The notes: a model not told the origin generated them from the sequence alone. DNA of 64,000 nt from Candidatus Limnocylindria bacterium (GCA_035708065.1 DASSTC010000029.1:7959-71958); one strand, 5' to 3'. Shown: positions 35,894-46,642, numbered from the stretch's first letter. Program-made: numbers and translations.

Positions 35894-38893
35894 ATGCGCA
35901 TCGAGCGGATCGAGCTCGACGGATTCGGCCGCTTTGCGGACGCCGAGTGGACGCTGAACGAAGGCATGACCGTCCTGCTCGGCGCGAACGAGGCCGGCAA
36001 GACGACGCTGCTCAACGCCGTCCGCGCGCTGCTGTTCGGCTTCGAATCGACTCGCGATGGCCGGACGTGGTACCCGGCTCTCGCCGGCGGCCGGCGTGGC
36101 GGCCGGCTGTGGCTGCGCACCGCTGACGGCCAGCGCTGGCGTGTCGAGCGCCACGGCGAGCGCGGCGGCGTCGGCGCGCTGGTGGTCGAGGCGCCGAACG
36201 GCAACCTCGGCGGCCAGGAGGAGCTGAACCGGCTGTTGGGTGGCGCCGACCGCGACCTGTTCAACAACATCTTCGCCTTCGGCCTGGGCGAGCTCGAGGC
36301 GTTCAGCAGCCTTTCCGGCGAGGGCGTCCGCAGCCGGATCTACGGGGCGGGCAGCGGCCTCGGAGGCACGAGCGTCGTCGACATCGAGCGCCGCCTGCGG
36401 GCCGAGCAGGAGGCGTCCTACAAGCCGCGTGGCAGCGAGCAGACGCTCGCCAAGCTGCTTGGCCGGATGGAGGAGCTGCGCGGCACGGTCGCGACGCTCG
36501 AGCAGCAGCCGGCGACGTACGAGGCGGCTCGCGCCGAGCTCGCCACGCTGCAGGGGAACCGTGCCGAGCTGCGCGACGAGCGCCGCCGGGTCGTCGAGCG
36601 GCGCGAACACCTTCGTCGCGTGCTCGACGCCCAGCCCGCCGCCGCGCGGCTGACGACGCTCGAGCGCTCGCTCGCGGAGTCGGATCCGGCGCTCGACAGC
36701 TTGCCCGACGACGCGGAGGCGCAGCTCGACCGGTTGCTCCAGGCGCGCGACGCGGCCTCCGCCACGCTGGCAAACGTCGACGAGCAGCTCGCCGACGCCG
36801 AGCGACGCCGCGGCCTGATCGCCATCGACCAGGCGCTGCTTGCGGAGGGCGCCGAAATCGAGGCGCTGCGCGACGAGCGGCTGGCGCACGAGGCGCGAAC
36901 TGCGGACCGCGAAGCTGCGACCGCGGCCGCCAAACGGCTCGACGGGGAGCTGCGTGATCTGCTGCAGCGGATCGGCGTGGTCGACGAAGCGCAGGCGTTG
37001 GCGCTCGACGACTCGATTCCTTCGATCCAGGCAGTTCGCGACATGGAAGCACGGCTCGGGACCACCTCGGCGGCGGCTGACCGCCTGGGCGCGCGCGTCG
37101 ACTCGGCGCGCCGCGACCTGGCGAACGCCGAGGCCGAGCTGCCGGCCGACGAGGCGGATGCTGAGCAGGTGGCCGCACGCCGGCGGGCCGTGGCCGCGCT
37201 CGTCGATCTGCGCGTCGAGGCCGCCATGCTCCAGGAGCGGGAGCGCGTCGGGACGAGCGCCGGACGGCTGCCGTCGTGGCTGCTCCCCGCGGCGGCAGGA
37301 GTGCTGACCTTCGCGGTCATGGCGCTCGGCGCAACGATCCTCGGGATCCAGCCGTGGGGGACCGCCGTTGGCCTGTTCGTTGCCGCGGCCGCGGCCGTGG
37401 TCGCTCGGGCGACGCGGCGCTCGTCGGCTGGGATCCCCGGCGGCCCGGCACTCGACCTGCGCTCGCTGGCGGCGCGGCGGCGCGCCCTCCTGGCCGATGC
37501 CAATCTGCCGGCGGACGCCGACGACGCGGCGATCTCCGCGGCGGCCGAGGAGCTTGCCATGTGGCAGGCCGCGCTTCGCTCCTCCGAGGCGCAGCGGGCC
37601 CGGCTGGCCGAGCGGCGCGCCTCCCTCGAGCGGCTGGAAGCCGAGCTGCGCGACGCCGCCGAGGCGCGTGACGACGCTCGACGGTCGTGGGCCGCGTGGC
37701 TCGAGGGCCACCTACTGGCGACGGATCTCTCGCCCGACGCCGCACGCCAGGTCTTGGAAGCGGTGGCGAACGTTCGCCGCCTGGCCCGGCAGCGGGACGA
37801 GCAGCACGAGCGCGCGGCTGCCATCGGCGATGCTGCGGCCGCCTACGACGCTCGCCTCGACGCGCTGCTCGGGCGCCTCGGACGCCCGGCGGGCACCGAT
37901 GCAAGCCTTCGCCCGTCGACCGTCGTCGCCCTCGCGACCGAGCTGCAGGAGACGGTCGCAGCCAGGCAGCGTGCCGCCGACCTGGAGGCCGGCCTCGCCG
38001 ACCTCGGCGCCCGCCGCGTCCGGCTGGTCGCGGCGGCCGAAGCAGCTGACCGTGCGCTATCCGACCGGCTGGCGGACTGGAACGCGACGGACCCGGATCA
38101 GCTTCGGACCGCGGCACGGGCCGCCGCGCAGCGCCGGTCGCTCCGGCAGGCGATCGCCCAGGAGACCGCCACGCTCGTTGCGCTCGCCGGCAGCGAGGCG
38201 GCCGTCACGACGCTGCTGGCAGAGGCATCGGCCGGCGATCCCGCGAGCCTGGAGGCGCAGCTGACGGATGCGGCGACCGACGCCGATCGGCTGGAAGCCG
38301 CCGAATCTGAGGCGCTCACGCGCGAGGGCGAGCTGCGCAACGAGATCGCTCGGCTGGAGACGAGCGACGAGCTCGGTGCGGCGCGGCAGGAGCTGGCCGT
38401 GCTGCAGGGACGTGCCGAGGAGGAGTCGCGGCAATGGGCCGTTCGGGCGATCGCCCTGGCGCTGCTCTCCGAGACGCGTCAGCGGTACGAGCGCGAGCGC
38501 CAGCCGCAGGTCGTCCACGATGCCCAGCGCTTCTTCGCCTCGATCACCGACGGTCGCTACGCGCGGATCGTGGCGCCGCCGGGCGAGTCGAATGTCCGCG
38601 TCGAGCCCGAGTCCGGTTCGCCGCGCACCACCGAGGAGCTGAGCAGAGGCACCGCCGAGCAGCTCTACCTGGCGTTGCGCTTCGGGCTGATCGAGCAGTT
38701 CGCGCGCAACGCCGAGGGCCTTCCGGTGGTGATGGACGACATCCTCGTGAACTTCGATCGGCAGCGCGCGACGCGTGCGGCCCGTGCCATCCGCGACCTT
38801 GCCACTCGCCACCAGATCGTCTTCTTCACCTGCCATCCGCAGACCGCCGAGCTGCTCGATCCCGACGGCGTGGCGACCCTGCGCCTCGACTGA
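35894..38893 (+). CDS. SMC/Rad50-like AAA ATPase (YhaN/SbcE-like) with a membrane-like hairpin in the coiled coil
   Basis: 999 aa from ATG 35894. Walker A GANEAGKTTLL, a long Ala/Glu/Arg/Leu coiled coil, a central hydrophobic pair (LPSWLLPAAAGVLTFAVMALGATILGIQPWGTAVGLFVAAAAAVVARA), and C-terminal LSRGTAEQLYLALRF...VVMDD. Confidence 0.8.
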   Translation: MRIERIELDGFGRFADAEWTLNEGMTVLLGANEAGKTTLLNAVRALLFGFESTRDGRTWYPALAGGRRGGRLWLRTADGQRWRVERHGERGGVGALVVEAPNGNLGGQEELNRLLGGADRDLFNNIFAFGLGELEAFSSLSGEGVRSRIYGAGSGLGGTSVVDIERRLRAEQEASYKPRGSEQTLAKLLGRMEELRGTVATLEQQPATYEAARAELATLQGNRAELRDERRRVVERREHLRRVLDAQPAAARLTTLERSLAESDPALDSLPDDAEAQLDRLLQARDAASATLANVDEQLADAERRRGLIAIDQALLAEGAEIEALRDERLAHEARTADREAATAAAKRLDGELRDLLQRIGVVDEAQALALDDSIPSIQAVRDMEARLGTTSAAADRLGARVDSARRDLANAEAELPADEADAEQVAARRRAVAALVDLRVEAAMLQERERVGTSAGRLPSWLLPAAAGVLTFAVMALGATILGIQPWGTAVGLFVAAAAAVVARATRRSSAGIPGGPALDLRSLAARRRALLADANLPADADDAAISAAAEELAMWQAALRSSEAQRARLAERRASLERLEAELRDAAEARDDARRSWAAWLEGHLLATDLSPDAARQVLEAVANVRRLARQRDEQHERAAAIGDAAAAYDARLDALLGRLGRPAGTDASLRPSTVVALATELQETVAARQRAADLEAGLADLGARRVRLVAAAEAADRALSDRLADWNATDPDQLRTAARAAAQRRSLRQAIAQETATLVALAGSEAAVTTLLAEASAGDPASLEAQLTDAATDADRLEAAESEALTREGELRNEIARLETSDELGAARQELAVLQGRAEEESRQWAVRAIALALLSETRQRYERERQPQVVHDAQRFFASITDGRYARIVAPPGESNVRVEPESGSPRTTEELSRGTAEQLYLALRFGLIEQFARNAEGLPVVMDDILVNFDRQRATRAARAIRDLATRHQIVFFTCHPQTAELLDPDGVATLRLD

Positions 38894-38943
38894 GCGATCC
38901 CCGGGACGAGGCCGCTCCGGCTGCTAGCATCCGCCGCAGACCG

Positions 38944-39663
38944 ATGCCCAACGACCGCCTGCCCACCCCCGAACGCGTCCTGGTCGTCGCCGCGCATCCG
39001 GACGACATCGAGTTCGGGGCGGCGGGCACCGTCGCGCGCTGGATCGACGAGGGAGCGACGGCCCATTACCTGGTCGTCACCCGCGGCGACAAGGGGAGCG
39101 ACGATCCATCGGTCGACGTGGCGGAGCTCGCGGTGCTGCGCGAGCGGGAGCAGCGCGCCGCCGCCGCCGAGATCGGCGTATCGGGCGTCGACTTCCTCGA
39201 TGAGCCGGACGGCCAGGTGGAGGCGAGCCTGCGGCTGCGCGAGCGGATCACGTACGCGATCCGCGCCCTGCGTCCCGAGGTGGTGATGACCCACGACCCG
39301 ACCGTCCTGTTCGTCAACAACGAGTGGGTCAACCATCCCGACCACCGCGCCGTCGGGCAGGTCACCGTCGACGCCGTCTTCCCGACGGCCCGCGACCCGC
39401 TGAACTTCCGCGAGCACCTCGACCGCGGGCTCGAGCCATGGAAGGTTGCCGAGCTGTTCATGTGGTCGACTAACGAAGCGAACCAGATCGTCGACATCTC
39501 CGACACGCTCGACCGCAAGATCGCGGCGCTCGAGCAGCATCGCAGCCAGTTCCGTGACTTCCCCGAGACGGCGCGCTGGCTGCGCCGCCGCTCCGAGGAG
39601 CTCGGCGAGCGCGCCGGCTACCGGGCCGCCGAGGGATTCCGACGGGTGATGCTGGCGCGATGA
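38944..39663 (+). CDS. PIG-L/LmbE-family deacetylase
   Basis: 239 aa from ATG 38944 with VVAAHPDDIEFG and HPDHRAVG metal-site motifs. Confidence 0.8.
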   Translation: MPNDRLPTPERVLVVAAHPDDIEFGAAGTVARWIDEGATAHYLVVTRGDKGSDDPSVDVAELAVLREREQRAAAAEIGVSGVDFLDEPDGQVEASLRLRERITYAIRALRPEVVMTHDPTVLFVNNEWVNHPDHRAVGQVTVDAVFPTARDPLNFREHLDRGLEPWKVAELFMWSTNEANQIVDISDTLDRKIAALEQHRSQFRDFPETARWLRRRSEELGERAGYRAAEGFRRVMLAR

Positions 39664-41693
39664 GGCGTCTGGCTGCCGTTCGAGTGCTCGCCACGTCGCT
39701 CGTCGTCGCGCTGCTCGCCACCGCGTGCGGCCCGACGCAGCCGACGCCGACCCCATACCCGAGCGGGCCGCCCCCGGCCTCGCCGAACGCCGCGCGCGAG
39801 ATGGCCGACGCCTTCGTCGCCGCCTGGAGCCGTGGCAACTACGACGCGATGTGGCAGATGCTGGCGCCCGCCGACCGCGCCCGCCACTCGAGGGCCGAGT
39901 TCGCGGCGCTCTACAGGCAGTTCGCCGACCTCGTACGCCTCACCGACCTGACGGCGACGAGCGGGACGCCCGAGCCGATCGCGCTGCCGCCGCAGCCACG
40001 TCCCGACGACTTGCCGCCACCCTCGCCGACACCGGCGCCCGCGTCGAGCGGGTCCGCCGGCGCCGCGCCGACGCCAACCGCCTCGCCGGGGCCGTCCGGC
40101 CCACCGCCGGTGTTGCCCGGGCCGGTGCCCGGCATCGGCGTGCCGCTGCGGCTCTCGCTGACCACCGACGTGTTCGGTGCCGTGAGCCTGGACCGGGAGC
40201 TGCCGTTCAGCGAGGGCGCGAATGGCTGGCAGGTGCGCTGGAGCCCGGCGCAGCTCTTCCCCGAGCTCGGCGACGCCGGCACGCTGAAGCTGAAGCGAAC
40301 ACTGCCCTTCCGGGGAAAGATCGTATCGGTCTCCGGCGACGTCTTTGCCGAGACGCGCAAGGATGGCGCGCGGGTCTACCCGCAGGAGTGGCTGGCGGGC
40401 CAGACGATCGGCTACGTCGGCGAGGTCACCGCCGAGGATCTCGACACGCTGTCGGCGAAGGGCTATCGCGCCGGCGACGTCATCGGTCGGTCGGGCCTGG
40501 AGGCAGGTGCGGAGGACCTGCTGCGCGGCCAGCCGGGCTTCGTCCTCAGCGCCGTCCCCGCCGAGGGTGACGCCGTGACCGTCCTCGAGAAGCAGATGGT
40601 TCCGGGCGCGGATGTCACGATCACCATCCGTCCCCGGCTGCAGGCAACTGCCGAGGCGGGCCTGCGCGTTCATCCCAACGGCGCCACCGTGGCGCTCGAC
40701 CCGGCGACCGGCGACGTCTGGGCGCTGGCCAGCGCCCCGGCGTTCAACCCCAACTCGATGACGATCGGCACCACGCTCGGCGGCGCGAAGCTGGCCCGCG
40801 GAACCCAGGCGCAGCGCCTGAACCGTGCCGTGCTGGGGACCTACCCGGCGGGCTCCTCTTTCAAGCCGTTCACCCTGGCCGCGGCCCTGGAGACCGGCGT
40901 CGCGACGCCGCAGAGCCGCGTCGCCTGCCCGCCGACCTGGCCTTTCTCGAGCGACTTCACCGCGCACAACTACAAGGACCACTCGCTGCCGGGCCTGGTG
41001 ACCCTCGTCCAGGCGATGGCTTTCAGCTGCAACACGACTTACATGCCGCTCGCCCTGGAGGTCTATCGCAAGGATCCGACGGCGTTGACCGAGCTGCTGC
41101 GTGACTTCGGCTTCGGTTCCAAGACCGGGATCCAGCACCTGGCCGAGGCGGCGGGCGTCGTTCCGGACGACAGCTACCTGTCGAAGCTCGACCCACCGCG
41201 CGAGTACGGCGCCTTCGACCAGATCCAGCTTGCGATCGGGCAGGGCCTCTACGTCGGCACGCCGCTGCAGCTGGCGAATGCCTACGCGGCGATCGCCGAC
41301 GGCGGCACGCGCTGGGTGCCACGGCTGGTCACCCAGGCCACCCTGCCCGACGGCACGGTCGTCGAGACGATCGATCCCACGGTCGCCACGAAGCTGCCCG
41401 TCACGCAGAAGCACCTCGACTACATCACGGAGTCGCTGAAGGGCGTCGTGAACCTGTCGTATGGGACGGGCTTCCCGGCGTTCCGTGGCTTCGGCATCCC
41501 GGTCGCCGGCAAGAGCGGCACGGCCGAGACCGGCACTCCCGATCCGCACGCCCTCTTCCCGGCGTTCGCGCCGGCGGACAAGCCGGAGATCGTGGTCGCG
41601 ACGATCCTGGCCTACGTGCCGCTCGGCACCGGAGGCGATCGGGCCGCGCCGCTGGTCCGCCAGGTCATGGCGCGCTACTTCTCGAGCCGATGA
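39660..41693 (+). CDS. Penicillin-binding protein (class B transpeptidase) with lipobox and NTF2-like N-terminal domain
   Basis: 677 aa, ATGA overlap with the previous gene. Lipobox LLATAC. Transpeptidase motifs SSFKPF (SxxK), SCN (SxN) and KSGTAE (KTG-like). Confidence 0.85.
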   Translation: MRRLAAVRVLATSLVVALLATACGPTQPTPTPYPSGPPPASPNAAREMADAFVAAWSRGNYDAMWQMLAPADRARHSRAEFAALYRQFADLVRLTDLTATSGTPEPIALPPQPRPDDLPPPSPTPAPASSGSAGAAPTPTASPGPSGPPPVLPGPVPGIGVPLRLSLTTDVFGAVSLDRELPFSEGANGWQVRWSPAQLFPELGDAGTLKLKRTLPFRGKIVSVSGDVFAETRKDGARVYPQEWLAGQTIGYVGEVTAEDLDTLSAKGYRAGDVIGRSGLEAGAEDLLRGQPGFVLSAVPAEGDAVTVLEKQMVPGADVTITIRPRLQATAEAGLRVHPNGATVALDPATGDVWALASAPAFNPNSMTIGTTLGGAKLARGTQAQRLNRAVLGTYPAGSSFKPFTLAAALETGVATPQSRVACPPTWPFSSDFTAHNYKDHSLPGLVTLVQAMAFSCNTTYMPLALEVYRKDPTALTELLRDFGFGSKTGIQHLAEAAGVVPDDSYLSKLDPPREYGAFDQIQLAIGQGLYVGTPLQLANAYAAIADGGTRWVPRLVTQATLPDGTVVETIDPTVATKLPVTQKHLDYITESLKGVVNLSYGTGFPAFRGFGIPVAGKSGTAETGTPDPHALFPAFAPADKPEIVVATILAYVPLGTGGDRAAPLVRQVMARYFSSR

Positions 41694-41765
41694 CCGCGCC
41701 GCGCGGCATGGTTCTCGCTCGTGTCGACGAAGGCGCGGCCAGCGTCCGCCGAGCGCGCCCGATCT

Positions 41766-41795
41766 TTGACACGCCGAGCGCGGGGCGGGTAGCAT
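41766..41795 (+). promoter_or_regulatory. Sigma-70-type promoter (TTGACA-N18-TAGCAT) of the bc-complex operon
   Basis: TTGACA at 41766-41771 and TAGCAT at 41790-41795, ~70 nt upstream of the GTG at 41863. Confidence 0.55.
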
Positions 41796-41862
41796 CGGTC
41801 AGCCGCTCCTTCGACCTGTTGTCTTCGCGTGGAACCCACCTGGAGAGCGACCGTCAACGCCC

Positions 41863-43836
41863 GTGATCTCTGAGAATGCGATTCCGCTGAGGTTCCAGAC
41901 CGCCGAGGTCGGCGTCGACTGGCTTCAGTGCAACATCGAGTGCCAGGAAGGCTGCCCGGTCAACACGAACTGCCGCGGCTACCTGATGCTGGCCGCCGAG
42001 GGCCGGTTCGAGGAGGGCTACATCCTCGCGCGCGACCCGAACCCGGTGGCGGCCATCTGCGGCTACGTGTGCAGCCATCCCTGTGAAACCGCGTGCCGCC
42101 GCGCCGACATCGACAAGCCACTCTCGATCCGCGCCATGAAGCGCTTCCTGGTCGACTGGCATTACAGCAACAACATGCCGGACAACGTGCAGGTCATGCC
42201 CGCCACGGGCAAGACCGTGGCGGTGATCGGCGCCGGTCCCGCCGGGCTCAGCGTGGCGAAGGAGCTCGCCACCTACGGCCACGAGGTGCATGTCTATGAC
42301 GCGCTGCCGTCCGGCGGCGGGACCACGCTGATTGGCGTGCCGGCCTTCCGCCTGCCGCGCGACGTGATCGAGCTCGACGTGAACTGGGTGGCCAAGCACG
42401 GCGTGCAGTTCCACTGGAGCGTCGAGATCGGCCGCGACATCACCATGGACCAGCTCCGCGAGCGCCACGACGCGGTCGTGGTGGCGACCGGCTGCATGTT
42501 CCCGGTGGCCATGAACGTCCCCGGCGAGGAGTCCGAGGGCGTCATCTACGGGGTCGACTTCCTGAAGCGCGCGAACCTGGGCCAGGAGCAGTGGGTCGGC
42601 GAGCACGTGGTCGTCGTCGGCGGCGGGTACACCGCCATGGACTCGTCGCGCACGGCACTGCGCCTGGGCGCCAAGACGAGCACGATCGTCTACCGCCGCG
42701 GCCCGGAGGAGATGGTGGTCGACGAGGAGGAGCAGCACGAGACCCTCTTCGAGGGCGTCCAGTTCGAGTTCTTCGCTTCGCCGGTCGACATCGTCGCCGG
42801 ACCGGATGGGCACGTCTCCGGGATCACGTTCCAGCGCACCCAGCTCGGCGCGCCGGACGCCACCGGCCGCCGTTCGGCGGAGCCGATCCCCGGCAGCGAA
42901 TTCACGGTTCCCTGCGACATGGTCATCCCGTGCACCAGCCAGGCGTCGGACAACAACGTGCTCGGCGAGTACGGCGCGCACCTGAACCGCCACCTGGGCG
43001 TCACCGACCCGCGCAGCGTGCTCGAGGGCGGATCGGTCTCCAGCTGGCGCACGCCGCCGCTGAATGGCTCGACCCCGACCGATGCGGACGGCAACAAGCT
43101 CAACGACCTCGCCTTCAACATGAAGCGGGGCAATGTCGTCACCAACGCCGATACGTTCCAGACCAGTGTCGACGGCATCTTCGCCTGCGGCGACTTCGTC
43201 ACCGGCCCGGCCACGATCATCGAGGCGGCCGGCCGTGGCCGATCCACCGCTCGCTCGGTGGATCGCTGGCTCGCCGGCGTCCGCGGCGCCGACCTGGAGG
43301 AGCTGCCGGTCATCAATCGCGCGACGGTCACCGTGGCGCTCGAGCACGACATGCCACCGAACTACGAGGCGATCGAGCGACAGCACATTCCCATGGCGCC
43401 GCCGGAGCTGCGCCGGGACTTCACCAGCCTGGTCGAGGTCGGCTACGACAGCCGCAGCGCGATCGCGGAGGGCAGCCGCTGCCTGCAGTGCAATCACAAC
43501 ATCGCGATCGATGGGCCACGCTGTATCCTGTGCGGACTCTGCGCCGACGTCTGCCCCGAGGGCGTGATCTACATGATCGACAAGGCGCAGGTCGGCGGCG
43601 ACGACCCGGAGATCGATCTCTTCCAGTCGTGGCCACGCGGGATTGCCATGATCATCGACGAGGAGCGTTGCATCCGCTGCAACCTCTGCGTCGAACGATG
43701 CCCGGTCAACTGCATCACCATGGATCGGCTCGAGCTTGAGCGATTCACGCCGGACGGGAAGGTTCTGTTGGAGAGCTACAAGGACAACGTTCTGGGGCAG
43801 ATCGGCCAGGAGGCTGGTCCGGTGGTGGAGCGATGA
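41863..43836 (+). CDS. GltD/NfnB-like NAD(P)H-dependent flavo-iron-sulfur oxidoreductase fused to a C-terminal 2x[4Fe-4S] ferredoxin domain
   Basis: 657 aa. N-terminal Cys clusters ([11 protein letters not shown]; [14 protein letters not shown]), an FAD fold ([11 protein letters not shown]), an NAD(P) fold ([12 protein letters not shown]), the FACGDF motif, and then [12 protein letters not shown] and [12 protein letters not shown]. The stop overlaps the cytochrome b ATG (ATGA, 43833-43836). Confidence 0.85.
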   Translation: MISENAIPLRFQTAEVGVDWLQCNIECQEGCPVNTNCRGYLMLAAEGRFEEGYILARDPNPVAAICGYVCSHPCETACRRADIDKPLSIRAMKRFLVDWHYSNNMPDNVQVMPATGKTVAVIGAGPAGLSVAKELATYGHEVHVYDALPSGGGTTLIGVPAFRLPRDVIELDVNWVAKHGVQFHWSVEIGRDITMDQLRERHDAVVVATGCMFPVAMNVPGEESEGVIYGVDFLKRANLGQEQWVGEHVVVVGGGYTAMDSSRTALRLGAKTSTIVYRRGPEEMVVDEEEQHETLFEGVQFEFFASPVDIVAGPDGHVSGITFQRTQLGAPDATGRRSAEPIPGSEFTVPCDMVIPCTSQASDNNVLGEYGAHLNRHLGVTDPRSVLEGGSVSSWRTPPLNGSTPTDADGNKLNDLAFNMKRGNVVTNADTFQTSVDGIFACGDFVTGPATIIEAAGRGRSTARSVDRWLAGVRGADLEELPVINRATVTVALEHDMPPNYEAIERQHIPMAPPELRRDFTSLVEVGYDSRSAIAEGSRCLQCNHNIAIDGPRCILCGLCADVCPEGVIYMIDKAQVGGDDPEIDLFQSWPRGIAMIIDEERCIRCNLCVERCPVNCITMDRLELERFTPDGKVLLESYKDNVLGQIGQEAGPVVER

Positions 43837-44567
43837 GCGTTCCCGGCCCGGGCGACCTGGTCCGTTACGTCAAGTCCTCGCAGGTATGGCGCAGCCTCTT
43901 CCGGCAGCCCTATCCGACGACGAGCCGCACGCGCTCGCTGGCCGTCTTCAACAACGTCTTCCTGCACCTGCACCCGGTGCGCGTCAAGCGGCACGCCGTC
44001 CGGTACACGTACACGTTCTGCCTGGGCGGGATCAGCTTCTTCCTGTTCCTGGCGCTGACCGTCACCGGCCTGTACCTGATGTTCTTCTACGTGCCGTCGG
44101 TGAGCCGCGCCTACCAGGACATCCAGGCGATCTCGACATCGGTCGCCTTCGGCGATCTCGTGCGCAACATGCATCGCTGGGCGGCGCACCTCATGGTGCT
44201 GACCGTCTTCCTGCACATGATCCGCGTCTTCTACCACGGCGCCTACAAGCCGCCGCGCGAGTTCAACTGGGTCATCGGCGTCGTGCTGCTGCTGCTGACC
44301 CTGCTGCTCAGCTTCACCGGCTACCTGCTGCCGTGGGATCAGATCGCCTTCTGGGCCATCACCGTCGGTACGCAGATGGCGCAGTACGCACCGCTGCTGG
44401 GTTCGCAGACGAGCTTCTTCCTGCTGGGCGGCATCGAGGTCGGCCAGAACACGCTGCTGCGCTTCTACGTGCTGCACGTCATCTTCCTGCCGCTCATCGC
44501 CGCCATCCTGATGATCGTCCACTTCTGGCGCATCCGGAAGGACGGCGGGATCTCGGGGCCGGTCTAG
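43833..44567 (+). CDS. Cytochrome b6-type subunit (N-terminal four-helix half of cytochrome b)
   Basis: 244 aa. Helix B His pair in [16 protein letters not shown] (14 residues apart) and helix D His pair in [17 protein letters not shown] (15 apart, the b6-type spacing). Conserved Cys in FCLGGISF (heme ci-type position). Confidence 0.9.
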   Translation: MSVPGPGDLVRYVKSSQVWRSLFRQPYPTTSRTRSLAVFNNVFLHLHPVRVKRHAVRYTYTFCLGGISFFLFLALTVTGLYLMFFYVPSVSRAYQDIQAISTSVAFGDLVRNMHRWAAHLMVLTVFLHMIRVFYHGAYKPPREFNWVIGVVLLLLTLLLSFTGYLLPWDQIAFWAITVGTQMAQYAPLLGSQTSFFLLGGIEVGQNTLLRFYVLHVIFLPLIAAILMIVHFWRIRKDGGISGPV

Positions 44568-44571
44568 GCAC

Positions 44572-45192
44572 ATGACCATCGAGAAGCGACCGAACGCCAC
44601 CGCCGACAAGAACGCGCCGAGCCAGGCGCCGGCACGCGCACCGCTGGCCGAGCCGACGCTGCCTGGCCCGAAGCTTCCGGGCCCGCCCGGGGTGCCCGGC
44701 ACGGAGCGCTTCCGCCTGCTCGCCTACGTCAAGCAGGAGTCGATGGTCCGCGTCGACAAGCGACCGGACGAGACGGTGCTGGTCTGGCCACACCTCCTAC
44801 GGGCCGAGTTCCTCATGGCGGCCCTGATCAGCGCGCTGCTGGTGATCGCCTCGTTCCTCATCAAGGCGCCCCTCGAGGAGATGGCCAACGCCGGCGTCAC
44901 GCCGCACGTCGCCAAGGCACCGTGGTACTTCCTCGGCCTGCAGGAGATCCTCAGCTACTTCAACCCGACGGTCGCGGGCGTCATCGTGCCGACGTTCTAT
45001 CTCGCTGGCCTCGCGATCATCCCGTTCGTCGACCGCTCCCCGTACAAGGCGGCCCGCGACCGCAAGCTGATCTGGATCTTCTTTCTGACACTGATGATCA
45101 CCGGCCTGCTGGTGACGTTCATCGGCTCGTTCTTCCGCGGCCCGGGATGGAACTGGGTCTGGCCATGGGAGGGGCTCTTCTTCAACCTATGA
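44572..45192 (+). CDS. Cytochrome bc-complex subunit IV (C-terminal half of cytochrome b, PetD-like)
   Basis: 206 aa with three TM segments. The Qo-loop segment KAPWYFLGLQEIL aligns with the PEWYF region of PetD. Confidence 0.85.
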   Translation: MTIEKRPNATADKNAPSQAPARAPLAEPTLPGPKLPGPPGVPGTERFRLLAYVKQESMVRVDKRPDETVLVWPHLLRAEFLMAALISALLVIASFLIKAPLEEMANAGVTPHVAKAPWYFLGLQEILSYFNPTVAGVIVPTFYLAGLAIIPFVDRSPYKAARDRKLIWIFFLTLMITGLLVTFIGSFFRGPGWNWVWPWEGLFFNL

Positions 45193-45836
45193 CCACGCAC
45201 ACCTCCTACGGCGAGGTCCACGGACCGAACGTCGGCGAGATCAGCCGCCGCAGCTTCATGCGACGCATGCTGGGGGTCGGCATGGGCCTCCTCAGCCTCG
45301 AGTTCCTCGGCGGGACGCTCGCCTTCCTGTGGCCGAACCTGACCGGTGGCCTCGGCGGCCAGATCGAGATCGGCACCGCCGCGGACATCAACTCGCAGCA
45401 GCCAGCCTGGAAGACCGGCGAGCCGTACATCTACACCAAGGCGCGCCTCTTCTTCGTCAACGTGCCGGCCGCGAAGTCACTGGTCGACGGCTCGAACCAG
45501 ACGGTCGAGGACCCCGGCGACAAGATCTCGCCCGATCTGGAGCCGGCCGACCGCTCCGTCCTGGCGCTGTATCGCAAGTGCCCGCACCTCGGCTGCCAGA
45601 TCCCGCAGCTGTGCGACAAGAGCCACTGGTTCGAGTGCCTGTGCCACGGCAGCAAGTACACCGTGCTCGGCGAGAAGCGTGACGGTCCGGCGCCGCGCGG
45701 CATGGACCGCTTCGACGTGACCATGAACGGCGACGTCTACACGGTCGATACCTCGAAGATCGTCACCGGCCCGCCGATCGGCACCGCGACGTTCGACAGC
45801 CGTGGCCCCGGCGACATGCAGCACTGCACGGGCTGA
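45189..45836 (+). CDS. Rieske [2Fe-2S] subunit with Tat-type signal anchor
   Basis: 215 aa from ATG 45189 (ATGA overlap). SRRSFMRRMLG twin-Arg motif, and cluster boxes CPHLGC and CLCHGS. Confidence 0.9.
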   Translation: MTTHTSYGEVHGPNVGEISRRSFMRRMLGVGMGLLSLEFLGGTLAFLWPNLTGGLGGQIEIGTAADINSQQPAWKTGEPYIYTKARLFFVNVPAAKSLVDGSNQTVEDPGDKISPDLEPADRSVLALYRKCPHLGCQIPQLCDKSHWFECLCHGSKYTVLGEKRDGPAPRGMDRFDVTMNGDVYTVDTSKIVTGPPIGTATFDSRGPGDMQHCTG

Positions 45837-45841
45837 GCGGG

Positions 45842-46642
45842 ATGCGACTCAAGACGCTTGGCGTGTTCGTCGTCACCCTGCTCGCCCTGTTCACCCTGTT
45901 CTACTGGATGACCGATGGGCCACGTCGCGCGGAGGCGACCACGACCCAGGAAGACGAGCTGCTCAACTACGGCAAGGTCGTCTTTGCCAACGACCCGGCC
46001 AATCCGGCGTCGGCCGGCTGCGCGCGCTGCCACGGCGACGACGGCAAGGGCGGCAAGGTGCCCAACGATCCCAACGGCGCCATCGCGCCGAACCTGCACA
46101 GCGCAAGCATCGCCAGCAAGCTGAAGGTCAATCCCGACTACGTCCACTTGGCGGTGAGCTACGGCGGCGTGGTCGTTTCCGGCAACGTCAACTCGCCGAT
46201 GCCCGCCTGGAGCACCGACGTCGGCGGCCCGCTGACGGTCCAGCAGATCGACGCCGTCGTCGCACTGGTCACGAGCTGGGCCGAGGCTGCGCCGCCCGCT
46301 CCGGCGGAGGTGCCGAACACCGCCGAGGCCGGGCAGCAGGTGTACAACTCGTCCGGCTGCGCCGGCTGCCACGGCGCACAGCTCGAGGGTGGCGTCGGCC
46401 CCGACCTGCAGACCATCGGCAGCCAGCTGGTCACCGAGAACCTGCCCGTTCCGCCGTCCGGGCTCGACCAGATGAAGGCGGACTACGCCGCGGATCCGAA
46501 GGACTTCCTCGACAAGTGGATCCGGGACTCGGCGAACAACTACAACAACGGCACGCCGACCGGCATGCCGCCGCATCCGCCGGACCAGATGAGCGACTCG
46601 CAGCTGCAGGCGCTCATCACCTTCCTGATGGAGCAGAAGTAG
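45842..46642 (+). CDS. Membrane-anchored dihaem cytochrome c
   Basis: 266 aa with an N-terminal TM and two CxxCH motifs (CARCHG, CAGCHG). Confidence 0.9.
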   Translation: MRLKTLGVFVVTLLALFTLFYWMTDGPRRAEATTTQEDELLNYGKVVFANDPANPASAGCARCHGDDGKGGKVPNDPNGAIAPNLHSASIASKLKVNPDYVHLAVSYGGVVVSGNVNSPMPAWSTDVGGPLTVQQIDAVVALVTSWAEAAPPAPAEVPNTAEAGQQVYNSSGCAGCHGAQLEGGVGPDLQTIGSQLVTENLPVPPSGLDQMKADYAADPKDFLDKWIRDSANNYNNGTPTGMPPHPPDQMSDSQLQALITFLMEQK

